A model generated the notes under the pieces. It ran no database searches. It had not been told where the DNA came from and saw only the letters and a program-made list of their open reading frames with translations. This document shows, piece by piece, positions 41,934 through 54,616 of a stretch of DNA of 64,000 bases (position 1 is its first letter; every line of letters starts with the position of its first letter). Source of the stretch: Octopus vulgaris (taxonomy: Eukaryota); the NCBI GenBank assembly GCA_951406725.2, contig OX597830.1, forward strand, positions 29,202,001 through 29,266,000. Direction: 5' to 3'. A program made the position numbers and the translations under genes.

Positions 41934-43309
41934 ATATGTTGAAACTCACTCACACTCACTTACATACACACAAACACGCACACACATGTCCGTCTATGTG
42001 TGTATAGGCGGATGGTTCTGTGGCGTGTCTTGCAGTCTCCCTCGCAAGATCATAATTTTGAAACCCAGATCTAGGGGTGCATTGCATTCTAGAGAGGACT
42101 ATTTCATTTCAAGTTACCGTAGTCCAGTCCACTCAACTATAAATGAGTTGCCGCCGAGTCCCTTTACATGGTAGTTTGTGTTGTCTCTCAATTATACGAT
42201 ATATATATAAACAAACATACATACACGACGGGTTACTGAAAATTCATGGCTCTATGAATATCACGCAAGTTGTAATTGGATTTCTTTTTATGCTGTTATG
42301 GGCTGCTGAGACGTCCTCGTTTCTGTAACTTTGGAATATATAATACTTCGAGCATGGATGGCATTTTGGTCTCATAGGTCACTCCTGATATTCATGCGAC
42401 GTATTTTTTTGTCTCATGTCATCTTAACTTATACAACCCTCATAATTTGAAAATATCGAAATATGACACCATTTTGAGTTTGCTTGGTATCAGAAAAAAG
42501 CCTTTGTTATATTCGTGATACAGAGACGTTATACTCTCATCTGCATAGGTTCCATAACTGAATGTGAAAAATTCTTTCCGGTGTGATGCACCAAGTTTGC
42601 GCCGTTTAATATCTCGGGAAAAACTTTCATATCGATGGTTTACCTGTTGGACAAAACATTACAAAAATTCGGTTTCTCCCGTTTACCTCTTTCTCTCTTT
42701 ACCCCTAATATGAGACATCTGTACATACTGATGACTTTCATTATTTTTAAACATGATTTCCACTCTACTGAGTTAAAATGACTGTGCTTTCATTTTCATT
42801 TTCGTTTGCATATTATTATTATTATTGCTTTGCAATTAAGTTAGCATTCCGATGCTACATGTTTTCAGTGTGTAAAATGTATGGCTTTGTATATTTTGTT
42901 GCAGCTTTGTTTTAGAGTTGAGTAATAAAACATTCATAGCGATTACAAGTTAATTCTAAATTTTTGTTCTATTTAGAAAGCTTCCGTACGTTGAAGATTA
43001 ACACTGTTTGAAGTAAACTGCATGCAAAGATTTTGTGAGAAATATAAAACATATACCACTGGTATATTAACTTACCCTGAATCTCCGAATTATAAATGGT
43101 ACATGAGGGCACAATGCCATAACATTTTAAATGAGTTACGTAACGTCGATTGCTGCCCAGGAAGTAGGTTTTTTGCATTATTAAATTAAAGCAATAATGA
43201 TGAAAATCAAAGTTGAACTTACAATATAAAGTGCTGGAAAAATATTACCCTGCATTTTGTTCGGTGTTTAAAAAGCTCTACATGTCAGCGCTTTAGCAAT
43301 AATAATCAT

Positions 43310-43520
43310 TTCTATAAGTCTCTACAAGGTCTCAAAATGGAGAATGGGGTATTTGATTACATCGACCTAGTATTTCACTAGTACTGTATTTTATTGACTG
43401 CGAAAGGATGATATGCGAAGTCGACCTCTGTGGAGTTTTAACTCAGAACGTAACAACGGACGAAAGGCCGGTAAGGCTTTTTGCCCGGCGTCCTCACGAT
43501 TCTTCCACTTCATCGCCTTA
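43310..43520 (-). mobile_element. SINE group C
   Basis: cgaaaggatgatatgcgaagtcgacctctgtggagttttaactcagaacgta is the reverse of the group C core. Confidence 0.65.
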
Positions 43521-43627
43521 ATAATAATAACAAAAATACAAAAATAATAATGATAATGATGACGATGATAATAATATCCATATTCCAGTAGGAATTGGTT
43601 TGTTACTACTAATCCAACTTGCTCAAG

Positions 43628-43720
<93 letters not shown>

Positions 43721-44097
43721 CAATCTGCTGCTTCGCTCCAGTCTGCCTCCATTAAAACTTAAATTTCAGTGGGAATGGTCAAATTAACGAAGAGAATTTC
43801 TACTCTATGGGAAATACCGTCACGCTTGCTTTAAACTTTTTAGACACTTTGATATAAAAAAAAGTAAAAAATCTTTGCGTTCACCACGAGACGGTGGCAG
43901 CGATTTTGTTTCCCAAATATATATACGCAAACTGATATATATATTTCAAAGAACTGTAAAGCTGTTCAGACATTGATTTAACAACAGAGCCGAATTTAAT
44001 TAGTCAATCCTGAAGAGTGGATCAGCTTACATATTTGTTTGTTTATATATATTCATATGTATTATATACGCATATAAACACACACACACTCTCACAC

Positions 44098-44147
<50 letters not shown>

Positions 44148-44679
44148 GATGAGGTATCTAACTACCTATTTATGTATTTGTTTTTATTACTGCTCTACAG
44201 TAATTACTGGAATTGCAAGTATTTTGTCAGCTGTTTTCAATGTTTAAATCAACATAATATTTGTTATTTATGCAGTTCAAAAAGATTCATTCTATACACA
44301 TGTATGTTTATCAGTATGGAACCTTGGTAAAATTTTCACTAACATAACCCTGCTGGTTCCTGGCAAAAATCTTAAGATAATATTCTTATTTATGTTTTCG
44401 TATTTACAGGGTCGTGGTATAATTAATAATTTTCCTAAAAACATCCTGATCCTGATAATCTAAGTTTTCATGGCGTATTTATCAATATATAGTTGCAAAC
44501 ACATCCACACTTACCCATCTATACCCATTACTATATACACATCCACATACAGAGAAACTTAAGTAGACCTGTTCACACGCGCAAATTTCCAACACAAAAA
44601 CACGTTTGTATGTATATAAGTATTTGTGTATGTATGTATATATATATGTATATATGTATATGTATATATGTATGTTTGT

Positions 44680-44773
44680 ATGTATGTATGTATGTATGTA
44701 TGTATGTATGTATGTATGTATGTATGTATGTATGTATGTATGTATGTATGTATGTATGTATGTATGTATGTAT
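44680..44773. repeat. (TATG)n microsatellite
   Basis: Direct reading. Confidence 0.95.
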
Positions 44774-44775
44774 GT

Positions 44776-45279
44776 GTGCCATTATTCAGTTTTATTTCAA
44801 GATTTCTTGCCAATAGAGAAAGAACCGGTTTCTAGCCCCGAACTAAGGCTCCTTCATTGAAATGTCAACATTAACAACTGGATATTTCTGTCTGTCTGTA
44901 TGTATGCATTATGTAATTATATGTGGAGATTTGTATGTTTTGTTTATAATATATTCTAATGCATGTATTTGCATATATAGATATGGTCATATGTATTTAA
45001 ATGAGAGATTTCTGGGAGATTTTATAGATTTTACAGTTCCTGAGATGGATTGGATCTATAGTCTTTGAATTAGCTTTCTCCTTTCAGGTTTTGAGAAGCA
45101 TAATTTCTGAAGATTGGTATTTAGGCATTGTGTTACGTAACCCAGGGCCCCAATTACAGGTATAAATGCTGAGTTCCGAATGGTTTAGCGTAGGTAATCC
45201 CTTTTACACTGATCTTCAGCTTTATGTTAACATCCGCTGGGCAGCTAATTTCTACATGAGTACACAGTTTCTGTTCTCT
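44776..45279 (-). mobile_element. 5'-truncated RLE non-LTR retrotransposon abutting (TACA)n
   Basis: Minus strand 45279-44995 reads REQKLCTHVEISCPADVNIKLKIS.K...AFIPVIGALGYVTQCLNTNLQKLCFSKPERRKLIQRL*IQSISGTVK, an RLE domain C-terminus. The 3' UTR runs into (TACA)n. Confidence 0.8.
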
Positions 45280-45361
45280 ATGTGTGTATGTTTGTATGTA
45301 TGTTTGTGTGTATGCATGTATATATGTGTGAATGTTTATGTATATGTATAATCTGTGTGAA

Positions 45362-45535
45362 TGCGCGTGGCCCAGTTGTTAGAGCGTCGGGCTCATAATC
45401 ATGAGGAAGCGAGCTCGTTTTCCGGACCGAGCTGTGTGTTGTGTTCTTCAGCAATACACTTTATTTCATTTTGCTCTAGTTCAATCAGCTGGAGCAATAC
45501 GTTGCGACGTCACTGGTGCCAAACTGTATCCGTCA
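45362..45535 (+). mobile_element. tRNA-like SINE (CAT anticodon-like loop)
   Basis: gcgcgtggcccagttgttagagcgtcgggctcataatcatgagg head followed by a non-tRNA body. Confidence 0.55.
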
Positions 45536-45776
45536 TTGTCTTGAAGTGTCTCAAATCATAACATCATTTGTCAAAACTTTCTTCACCTCAACTATGTTAA
45601 CATTTAATGATTACCGTCAAATATATGAGTCATTCGTCCGATGGAACTTTCCTCACCCGGAGCAGCCAGTGTTTTCCATCTGTAGCAATATATAGTCATC
45701 TTTTTGATAGTGGTCTTCATGCCGATGATTTATGAAATTGAAGTCATAATCCAGTCAAAAATTTATAAATTCATTA

Positions 45777-45933
45777 GGCGCAGTAGTGGCTGTGCGGTAA
45801 GTAGCTTGCTTACCAACCACATGGTTTCGGGTTCAATCCCACAGCGTTTCATCTCCAGCAAATGTCTTCTACTTTAGCCTGGAGCCGACCAAAGCCTTGT
45901 GAGTGGATTTGGTAGACTGAAACTGAAAGAAGC

Positions 45934-45994
<61 letters not shown>

Positions 45995-46165
45995 GTTATG
46001 TGTCTCTGTTTTTCCCTCAAGCATCGCTTGATAACCGATGGTGGCGTGTTTAGGTTCCCGTAACTTAGCGTTTCCGCATAAGAGAACGATAGAATAAGTA
46101 CTAGGCTTACAGTTCTGGGGTTGATTTGCTCGAATAATGGTGGTGCTCCAGCATGGCTGCGGTCA
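45777..46165 (+). mobile_element. SINE group A, near full length
   Basis: Colinear with 62034-62442, including the internal (TA)/(TG) tract. Confidence 0.85.
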
Positions 46166-46300
46166 AATTTCCGTCTACCTAATCCACTCACAAACTTTTA
46201 GTCGGCCCGAGGCTATAATAAAAGGCACTTGTCGAAGTTGCCACGCAGGGGGAATGAACCCGGAACCATGTGCTTGGAAAGCAAGCTTCTTAGCACACAG
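46166..46300 (-). mobile_element. SINE group A, 5' half
   Basis: Reverse complement of the head (aatccactcacaa...gaacccggaaccatgtg). Confidence 0.7.
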
Positions 46301-46785
46301 AAGCAAGCTTCTTAGATATATATATATATCTTTTGTCTCCTCTTTCTGAAGAAGTGGTGTACCCGAAATTACCTTTCGTTCCTTCCCTGACCGTGTGCTA
46401 ATACTTCGCATGTACCGCGGCCTTGTGCTGTTGTTTTCATCTTGTGTGTGATTTTTTTTTGGGGGGGGGGGATTTATTATTTTATATATATATATATATA
46501 ATTTCAACAATTGAGGGTAAAATTAATTAATTATTAATCAATTTCACCAAGTATTCAGTATGTAAAGGGACCATTTAAGGCGAATTCAAAATATTACATT
46601 TTATAAAGGGCTTAGTAAAATAAATTACTTTGCCACATACTGAACTCATTAGAAATAGCAGCCAAAAAAAATTTTTTTAGCCATTTCTAATACTTAAAGA
46701 AAATTTCTCTCAGATAGTGTTTGCTCAAAATAACCCACGAAGGTATGGGGGTAAAAACATTAAAAAATCACAAGTGCAAAGATTA

Positions 46786-46847
46786 TTTGAGAACGTACGT
46801 TTCTAGATCAGCCAAATACAATTCGACATTTCTTTCGTCAGCTCAAA
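46786..46847 (-). ncRNA. Type I hammerhead ribozyme (mirror of 47207-47268)
   Basis: Reverse complement of the + copy. Confidence 0.75.
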
Positions 46848-47206
46848 ATTTCTTAATTCGGATTTGTAAACACTGAAAGTAGGAGCATACCCTTTTGGCG
46901 ACTTTTCACCTCCGAAGATCCGTTCAAACTAACAGTGCCAACAAATTCAAAATATGCAAGCGAAGAATTTCTGCCTCCCCCTCCACCCACGTGGGCTAGA
47001 CTAGCAAACACCACGTTTTATCGGTTTTATCGATAAAACATGGTGTTTGCTAGTCTAGCCCACCTGGGTGGAAGGGAGGGCAGAAATTCTTCGCTTGCAT
47101 ATTTTGAATTTGTTGGCACTGTTAGTTTGAACGGATCTTCGGAGGTGAAAAGTCGCCAAAAGGGTATGCTCCTACTTTCAGTGTTTACAAATCCGAATTA
47201 AGAAAT

Positions 47207-47268
47207 TTTGAGCTGACGAAAGAAATGTCGAATTGTATTTGGCTGATCTAGAAACGTACGTTCTCAAA
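47207..47268 (+). ncRNA. Type I hammerhead ribozyme
   Basis: Stem I tttgag/ctcaaa; CTGACGA 47213-47219; stem II aga/tct plus gtcgaa/tttggc; GAAAC-GTAC-GTT; predicted cleavage after 47262. Confidence 0.75.
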
Positions 47269-47458
47269 TAATCTTTGCACTTGTGATTTTTTAATGTTTT
47301 TACCCCCATACCTTCGTGGGTTATTTTGAGCAAACACTATCTGAGAGAAATTTTCTTTAAGTATTAGAAATGGCTAAAAAAATTTTTTTTGGCTGCTATT
47401 TCTAATGAGTTCAGTATGTGGCAAAAGTAATTTATTTTACTAAGCTCTTTATAAAATG

Positions 47459-47509
<51 letters not shown>

Positions 47510-47556
47510 TGAATTGAAGAAATGGAGCTGAACGCAGATTGAACAGAAATCATTTT

Positions 47557-47648
47557 ATTTCATTCTACACGTGTTTCGAAAGGCACAAATTACCAAAATC
47601 CGATTGAATAATGGGACCATATTGTGTCTTTCTCTTCAGGAAGAAAAT
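47557..47648 (-). ncRNA. Type I hammerhead ribozyme (mirror of 47681-47772)
   Basis: Reverse complement of the + copy. Confidence 0.8.
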
Positions 47649-47680
47649 AGGAAATCCGTTGGAAAAACAACGGATTTCCT

Positions 47681-47772
47681 ATTTTCTTCCTGAAGAGAAA
47701 GACACAATATGGTCCCATTATTCAATCGGATTTTGGTAATTTGTGCCTTTCGAAACACGTGTAGAATGAAAT
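47681..47772 (+). ncRNA. Type I hammerhead ribozyme
   Basis: Stem I attttcttc/gaatgaaat; CTGAAGA 47690-47696; stem II gaaagacaca/tgtgcctttc with a long extension; GAAAC-ACGT-GTA; predicted cleavage after 47763. Confidence 0.85.
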
Positions 47773-47979
47773 AAAACGATTTCTGTTCAATCTGCGTTCA
47801 GCTCCATTTCTTCAATTCACCAATAATATTTTAATTTCAATTATCCGCACCAACGCACGGTTGCAACACCATATGGTTGTACCTCCAACCGTGCTGTTTA
47901 CTGCTGTGATTTTTGCTACTAAGGTATCGGTTAAACTTTTGATTAATCTACTACAAGATTATTCATCTTTCTATTTCAC

Positions 47980-48044
<65 letters not shown>

Positions 48045-48247
48045 CGTGATTACGTAATCAACCAAACAATAAACTACAACAGCATGGATTTCTAGGGCTC
48101 GCAGGTCTTAAATATTCTTTAATGCCATTGAGGCCTGCATGACGAGGATGTAGATATGTTTAAATGAAAACTAGAACTCACCCTGTGAAGGGTTACAAAC
48201 GAACTTATCTCGCACATCGATCAAGTGTCACAATCTGATTCATTCTT

Positions 48248-49022
48248 ACAATGAGGTATCAAAAAACTCAGGACTTGTTTAATAAAGGATAACATATTCC
48301 ACTTTTGGACTCTGGCCTGGAAGTTATAATCCGAGTCGAGGAAAATCAGCGATTCACTCTGGATCTCGAGAACAGAGTTAATATGGCAACATTAGGGCTG
48401 CATTTCCACTTTGGGGAAGAGGGGGACATTTGTAGATGTTGTATCTGCTGAATAGAGCTATTGCGGAAGTGACGAGTTCTCGGTGACAGGGTAAATATTT
48501 GTTGTAAAGAATCCAATTCTTAGCGTTCCACTGATCCGGTCGCTTTCGTCGAATATCCTCCCTCAAACGCGTCAAACGTTTACAGTAAAGCTCTCGATTG
48601 ATAGTCTGTCGTGGGCGGATGAAATCACGATGCACATTGGAGAGGTTGACGCTCGTGTAAGATCGCACATCGCTTTTCAGGGACATTTTTCCGAGTTTGA
48701 AGCTCCCATGACACTGGAAATATTGCGTCCCATCCATTGCCCCGTTGCCCGTAAGCTTGCCAAATCAGACTTATTGTGTCACTGTAGCATGCATTTCAAG
48801 TTTAATACGTAATTGTTCTTGTTCATGAGAAAATCACCGACTACAGCATGTACCATTATCACAATATCTGAAAGTTCATAACTAGCGAAGTTAACACACT
48901 GATGTTACTCGGCACGTTGCCATATCAATGCTACTGCTAACTCTTACTGGGTACGCAATCGTGTGCTGCCGTCTGTTGGTGCTTAATAGAACTAGTCCTG
49001 GAACATTTTGACACCACTTCGA
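48248..49022 (-). mobile_element. Internally deleted mariner element
   Basis: Imperfect TIRs (caatgaggtatcaaaaaactcaggacttgttt / gaactagtcctggaacattttgacaccacttcg). Minus ORF contains VHRDFIRPRQTINRELYCKRLTRLREDIRRKRPDQWNAKNWIL, typical of the mariner transposase catalytic region. Confidence 0.85.
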
Positions 49023-49119
49023 AACAGAAATGGTTTCAAATCAAAAGTGAAGCAAAACTAAGTGCAGTGCTGGGGTATCACTCCAGCTCAGGAGCTGAAA
49101 ATATTAAGAGACCTTATGT

Positions 49120-49399
<280 letters not shown>

Positions 49400-49484
49400 A
49401 TCTTTCTCTTTTTCTCTACCTGTCTATCTATCTATTCATCTTCCTCCACCCCCACTCTCTCATCTCTCTCTATATATATATTAA

Positions 49485-49534
<50 letters not shown>

Positions 49535-49566
49535 GTCTGTCTATCTATCTATCTATCGATCTATCT

Positions 49567-49623
<57 letters not shown>

Positions 49624-49666
49624 AGTATATGTATATATAAGTATGTATATGTTCGTGAGTGTGTGT

Positions 49667-49711
<45 letters not shown>

Positions 49712-50307
49712 GGTGTGTGTATTTGTCACGGACAGTCATAGAGGAATATAGAGGAAAATGAGATCTATGTAAACCGAGCATATGTTGGAGAAAGAAAGAT
49801 AAAGTAACATAAAGAGAGAAACCGAAAGAGAAAAATAATGTGTGTGTAAGAGAGAGGTGTAAGAGAGAGAGAGAGAGAGAGAGAGTAAGAGAGGGGGAAT
49901 CCGAAAAAGAGGAAAGTATGGAGAATACATAGGAAGGAGAACCATTAAATCTGGAATACTTCTAGTACGGCATGATGAAACCGTTTAACAGCTTTTGAAT
50001 CATTTCGATGGTATATTATAATATAATTAATTACATTGCTTAATGTATGAACACAATATTGTGTAAGTCGCACGACATGACATTGATTGTAATGATGTTG
50101 TTCCTGCCGCTGCTACTGCTACTGCGACTGCTGCTGCTGCTGCTCTTCCTGCTCCTGCTGACGATGGTGATGATTGTGATGATAATGATGTATAGTCGCC
50201 GAAAACAGAAACAACAACAACAACAACATCACCGCAAACAAACATAAAACGCAACTAAGAATATAATACACTCATTACGTCTCCAAATTCACATTAGTCA
50301 TAATTGA

Positions 50308-50341
<34 letters not shown>

Positions 50342-50570
50342 GTTTGTGTAATGATATGGAATTCTGTGCGTATGTGTTTGGGTGTATATGTGTGTGTGTG
50401 TGCATGGATATGTTTATACGTGACTCTGTGGTGGGTAGAGTGTGGTGGTGGGGGGTGGGTGAGTGCTTGTAACGATTAATCTATTCATGTTTATAAATAA
50501 ATAGTAAAAGGAAATCATCAAGGCCCACATTAGTACCATGAACAATTTCTCTCAGCATCTTATTACTACG

Positions 50571-50644
<74 letters not shown>

Positions 50645-50647
50645 ATA

Positions 50648-50694
<47 letters not shown>

Positions 50695-50970
50695 GTTTGA
50701 GTGTATTTCTCTCACCTTGTATATATATATATGATCATATGTATGCATATACAATTACACACATGCAGCTTACTTATTCATACCTCATAGATTCACATTT
50801 AAAACACGCTCACACACACACACACATGTACGTGCACACGTAGACAGGAATGCACGTACACCTACACATTGAGTAAGTGGTGGTGGTGGTGGTGGTGGGG
50901 AGAAATAGAATACAAAAATAGCTAGCTTGCTATGTTGAGAGTTCTTATTAACTCGTCAGTCTCATATTCT

Positions 50971-51077
50971 CGCCGGAAGTAAGCAGACACACGTAGGCAT
51001 AAGTTAAAAATACAAACGTTAAATTAGAGCCATTACGCGGGAAGTTTTAATGACAATTGATCGATGCAGCCATTTTG
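50971..51077. promoter_or_regulatory. Candidate promoter-like motif cluster (ETS, E2F, YY1)
   Basis: CCGGAAGT at 50973, CGCGGGAA at 51036 and GCCATTTTG at 51069, within ~110 bp of non-repetitive sequence. Confidence 0.3.
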
Positions 51078-51612
51078 TTTTACATCGGTTTATCGTTGTT
51101 TTCTCTTTGTTTTGGTTTCCATGTTCGGTTGAATTTCTCTTTTATTTATTAGTTAAAGCTAGTGTTTTTCTTTCTAATTTTATTTTGGAAAATTTGTTTA
51201 TATATTTGTCATTGAATTAACATGTTTGCTTTTAATTTTTAAAAATTTGTTTTAAATTATATTAATTATTTGTTGGTTTTTGGTTTCCTTTTGCGTTTTT
51301 CTTCTTCCTTACTATGTTTGCACTTCCTCTTGCTCTTTCATTTTATTCGTATTTTAAAACAATTACGCTTATATTTATTATTTACTCATTTCCTATATTA
51401 TTCTATAGATACTGATCATCTCCTTTGTTTCTTCCTATCTTTCTTCCTATCATTCTTTCTTTCTTTCTTTCCTTCCTTCTTTCGCGTTTCTATTTATTCA
51501 TTCTTCGGGTTGAACGTGCCTAATTTTTTAATCCATAATTCCTATTTATAATTCATTTCCTCAGTTTTCTTACATTTATTTACATACATTTTTTCCCCCT
51601 GTTCTCTCTCTC

Positions 51613-51676
<64 letters not shown>

Positions 51677-52035
51677 TACATATATGTATACACACACAGA
51701 TACATATATATATATGTATGTATTTCAATCGTGCATGTATATATGTATGTACGCATGTGTGTATGTATATATGTATGTATATTAATGCCTGTGTGTGTTA
51801 CGAGTGTGTATGTATTTAGGAGCCCCAGTATGGCCGCAACACCTGAGTGAGACCGATTATAGACTAATTGAGTAGTATATAACATTTGCTTCTATTTATC
51901 TTTGTATCTATATAATTATCAATAAACAGTCCCCTTTCTTTTAAATCTTTACTTTCATCATGTGATCCTTGTATTCATTATTCTTATCCTCCTCATTCAT
52001 ATACCTCGTTGTCCTAATCCGTCGTAATGTTCTTA

Positions 52036-52114
<79 letters not shown>

Positions 52115-53477
52115 GTCCTTATACGTCGTTACATACACCTGGTTGCCCTAATACATCATTATATACTTGTCTTTTCCTTTTATGCTTTTTTTTGTTTTTT
52201 GTATATATTTTATATTTTCCTTTCCTTCATTGTCTGTATATTACTTCCTTTTCCTCTTTTTAATCGCATTTTGTCTCCATTTCTTCCTTCAAGCTCTTTC
52301 ATTACCAGTTTCTTTCTTCCAAACACTTTTCCTAATTTAAAAAACTCCTTCAAAATTTTCTTCACTGTCCATCTTTAATTTTCATTTCGTTCTGTTCATA
52401 TATACTCCTTCTAAATTTTTATTTTCGCTTTCTTTTTCCTTCTGTTTCGATAATTTTTCGTTCTCACGCATCACTTTTCTTTCTTTTTCTATCTATTTAT
52501 ACTTTCATTCCTTCTTTGTTTTCTTCTGTTTAATTATTTATTACATATCTTTTTCTTGTTTTCCTCCGTTGAAACGTAAATATTTAGCATAAGGATATTA
52601 AATTTCATCTTCATTTGTAGTTATTTGTTATTTCTAGTAATTAATCGATTTCTGCAAACGATATTGCCTTCTGCTTTGGATCATGTGTTTTTTGTTCCTT
52701 TTTATTACCTATATTTATTCCTTTACGATGTTCAAGAATTATCTCAGGTTTTGGTTTATTTTCAGCTTGCCAGCTACAACCTATAAACAAATACTACACG
52801 ATAACATACAACCAGGTACATGAGAAGCAAAACACGTAAATACGTAAATGAGTAAATTAATCGATCATCAAATGAACACATTCAAATATAACATTAACAA
52901 ACATGAAAAAAAATATCAAAAACAAATTAACAACAAAATAAATAGATAAATCAGAAAATAAATAATGAAACGCAGCACTTAGATATCACTTGATGCTGTA
53001 AATACAATCAAACATGTCAGATGTGTAAAACGATCCTGCATATCGACGTGTTAAATTGTAAACCGCCTCGCTCTTTACCTCCCTAACGTTTTGCTGTCGT
53101 AGTTTTGTTTTATTAAGTTTTACTTTGTTTCGTTAGTTTCCTCACCACCAACACCCCTACCTCCATCACCACCTTCACCACACCTTTCTGAACCCCTGCA
53201 ATCTTAATATTCTTTTCTCCCATTTAAAACTCTGGCATCTCTCATATCTTTCATATCTTTCCCTGCATTGCAAGTCTAATGCGTTTAACACCTCACCTTA
53301 TTTCTAAATTCTCAATCTCTCGTTTCCTATTGCTACCTCTCTGTCTGTCTGTCTATTTGCCAGTTATTCTCTATTATGCTTTTTTCCCCCTTTCAGTCTA
53401 ATCTAAACTGTCCCTGTTTCAGTTATCAATATAATTACCTGCCTAACTAAACAGCCTATCTAATTTTATAACGATAA

Positions 53478-53650
53478 ACCTCGCCCTTTTCAAGACTAGC
53501 CATCCTTATGGGCCCGGTTTCCCGGTTTCTGTGGCGTATGTGTTCCCCCCAGCTTGTGGAGCTTTTAGGTCTTTTTGCTCCATAAACACACACAACGCCC
53601 GGTCTGGGAATCGAAACTGCGATCCTCCGACCGCGAGTCCGCTGCCCTAA
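53478..53650 (-). mobile_element. SINE group B head with a third, different tail
   Basis: 53555-53650 matches the group B head; 53478-53555 matches neither other tail. Confidence 0.65.
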
Positions 53651-54384
53651 CATCGATTATATCAACAGATAATGCTTCATTTATTTCTAGGAGTTTGTTT
53701 ACTTTAGACTACACTAACCGATGTTTTCATTCTTAAAACGATCTGGTATCGGACTAGGATTCTGGATTATTTCTCCATTTTGTTTTACTTAATCTTTGAG
53801 AGCGCTTGGATTCATTTTTAGTATTCTAGTTTGTGAGAGCAGTAGAGTTTATTTCAAATATTCTCAATTTAAAAATCCTCTCTGGCTAATCGTTGAGGGT
53901 CCATGATGTTGGCTTGGCGGAGGTTTGCGCTTTCTGAATGCTCTTGTAAAGCTTATTTTTCTGAATTTCTGATGGAGTTGTGATTTGACATTCAGATAGT
54001 ATAACAATGCCTAGATACGGGACACTCATCTACTGTGGTAGATGCACCATACCCGCGACAGATAACTCTTAATCGTATGGGCTACACATTGATAGAATGA
54101 CTGTAGTGTTCTATAAAAAGCTTAGCCAGCTGTTGGTCTTTCTTCCCAGGCTGCCGTCACCATTGAAAGCATGAATGAGATTTGCATTTTATAGTTACAG
54201 GGACGCGTTATTCAGTATGCTCATCTCATTTGAAGGCATTAGTGTATGACTTTAAAAGAATGCGATTACAATTTCTAGCATATCGAGTGACCTCACAGAC
54301 ACAAAGATACACACATATAAATCCATCCATCCATCCATCCCTCTATCCATCTATCTATCTATATATATATATATATATATATAA

Positions 54385-54540
54385 CGGGCTTCTTTCAGTT
54401 TCCATCTACCAAATTCTCTCGCAAGGCTTTTGTCAGTACGAGGATGTAGCTAATGACACTTACCCAAGGCTCTATGCAGTGGGGCTGAAACCGGAACCAT
54501 GTGGTTGGGAAGCAGCCTTCTTATCATACATGTACGCCTG
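54385..54540 (-). mobile_element. SINE group A, 5' half
   Basis: acgggcttctttcagtttccatctaccaaat...gaaaccggaaccatgtggttgggaagc. Confidence 0.7.
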
Positions 54541-54580
54541 CTCCTATTTACACACCCACGCCTATCTATCTATCTATCTA

Positions 54581-54615
<35 letters not shown>

Positions 54616-54616
<1 letters not shown>

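Larger units (their letters stand above)
46501..47464. mobile_element. Fold-back (inverted) PLE-like element; arms ~433 bp
   Basis: Arms 46591-47023 and 47031-47464 differ at only a handful of positions; 7-nt hinge; the left arm continues ~90 bp to (TA)n; each arm holds an HHR. Confidence 0.85.
47504..47980. mobile_element. Fold-back PLE-like element; arms 158 bp
   Basis: Arms 47504-47661 and 47668-47825 (one mismatch seen), loop gaaaaa. The right arm continues to (TA)n with a tail homologous to the PLE tail at 5600-5760. Confidence 0.9.

Noticed and set aside
42440-42620. Minus-strand DESI...IPSK words suggestive of piggyBac transposase
   Set aside because: Only two short motifs across frameshifts; not supportable by eye.
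46341-46375. CTGAAGA...GAAATT motif
   Set aside because: No stem III or stem I; at best a deleted relic.
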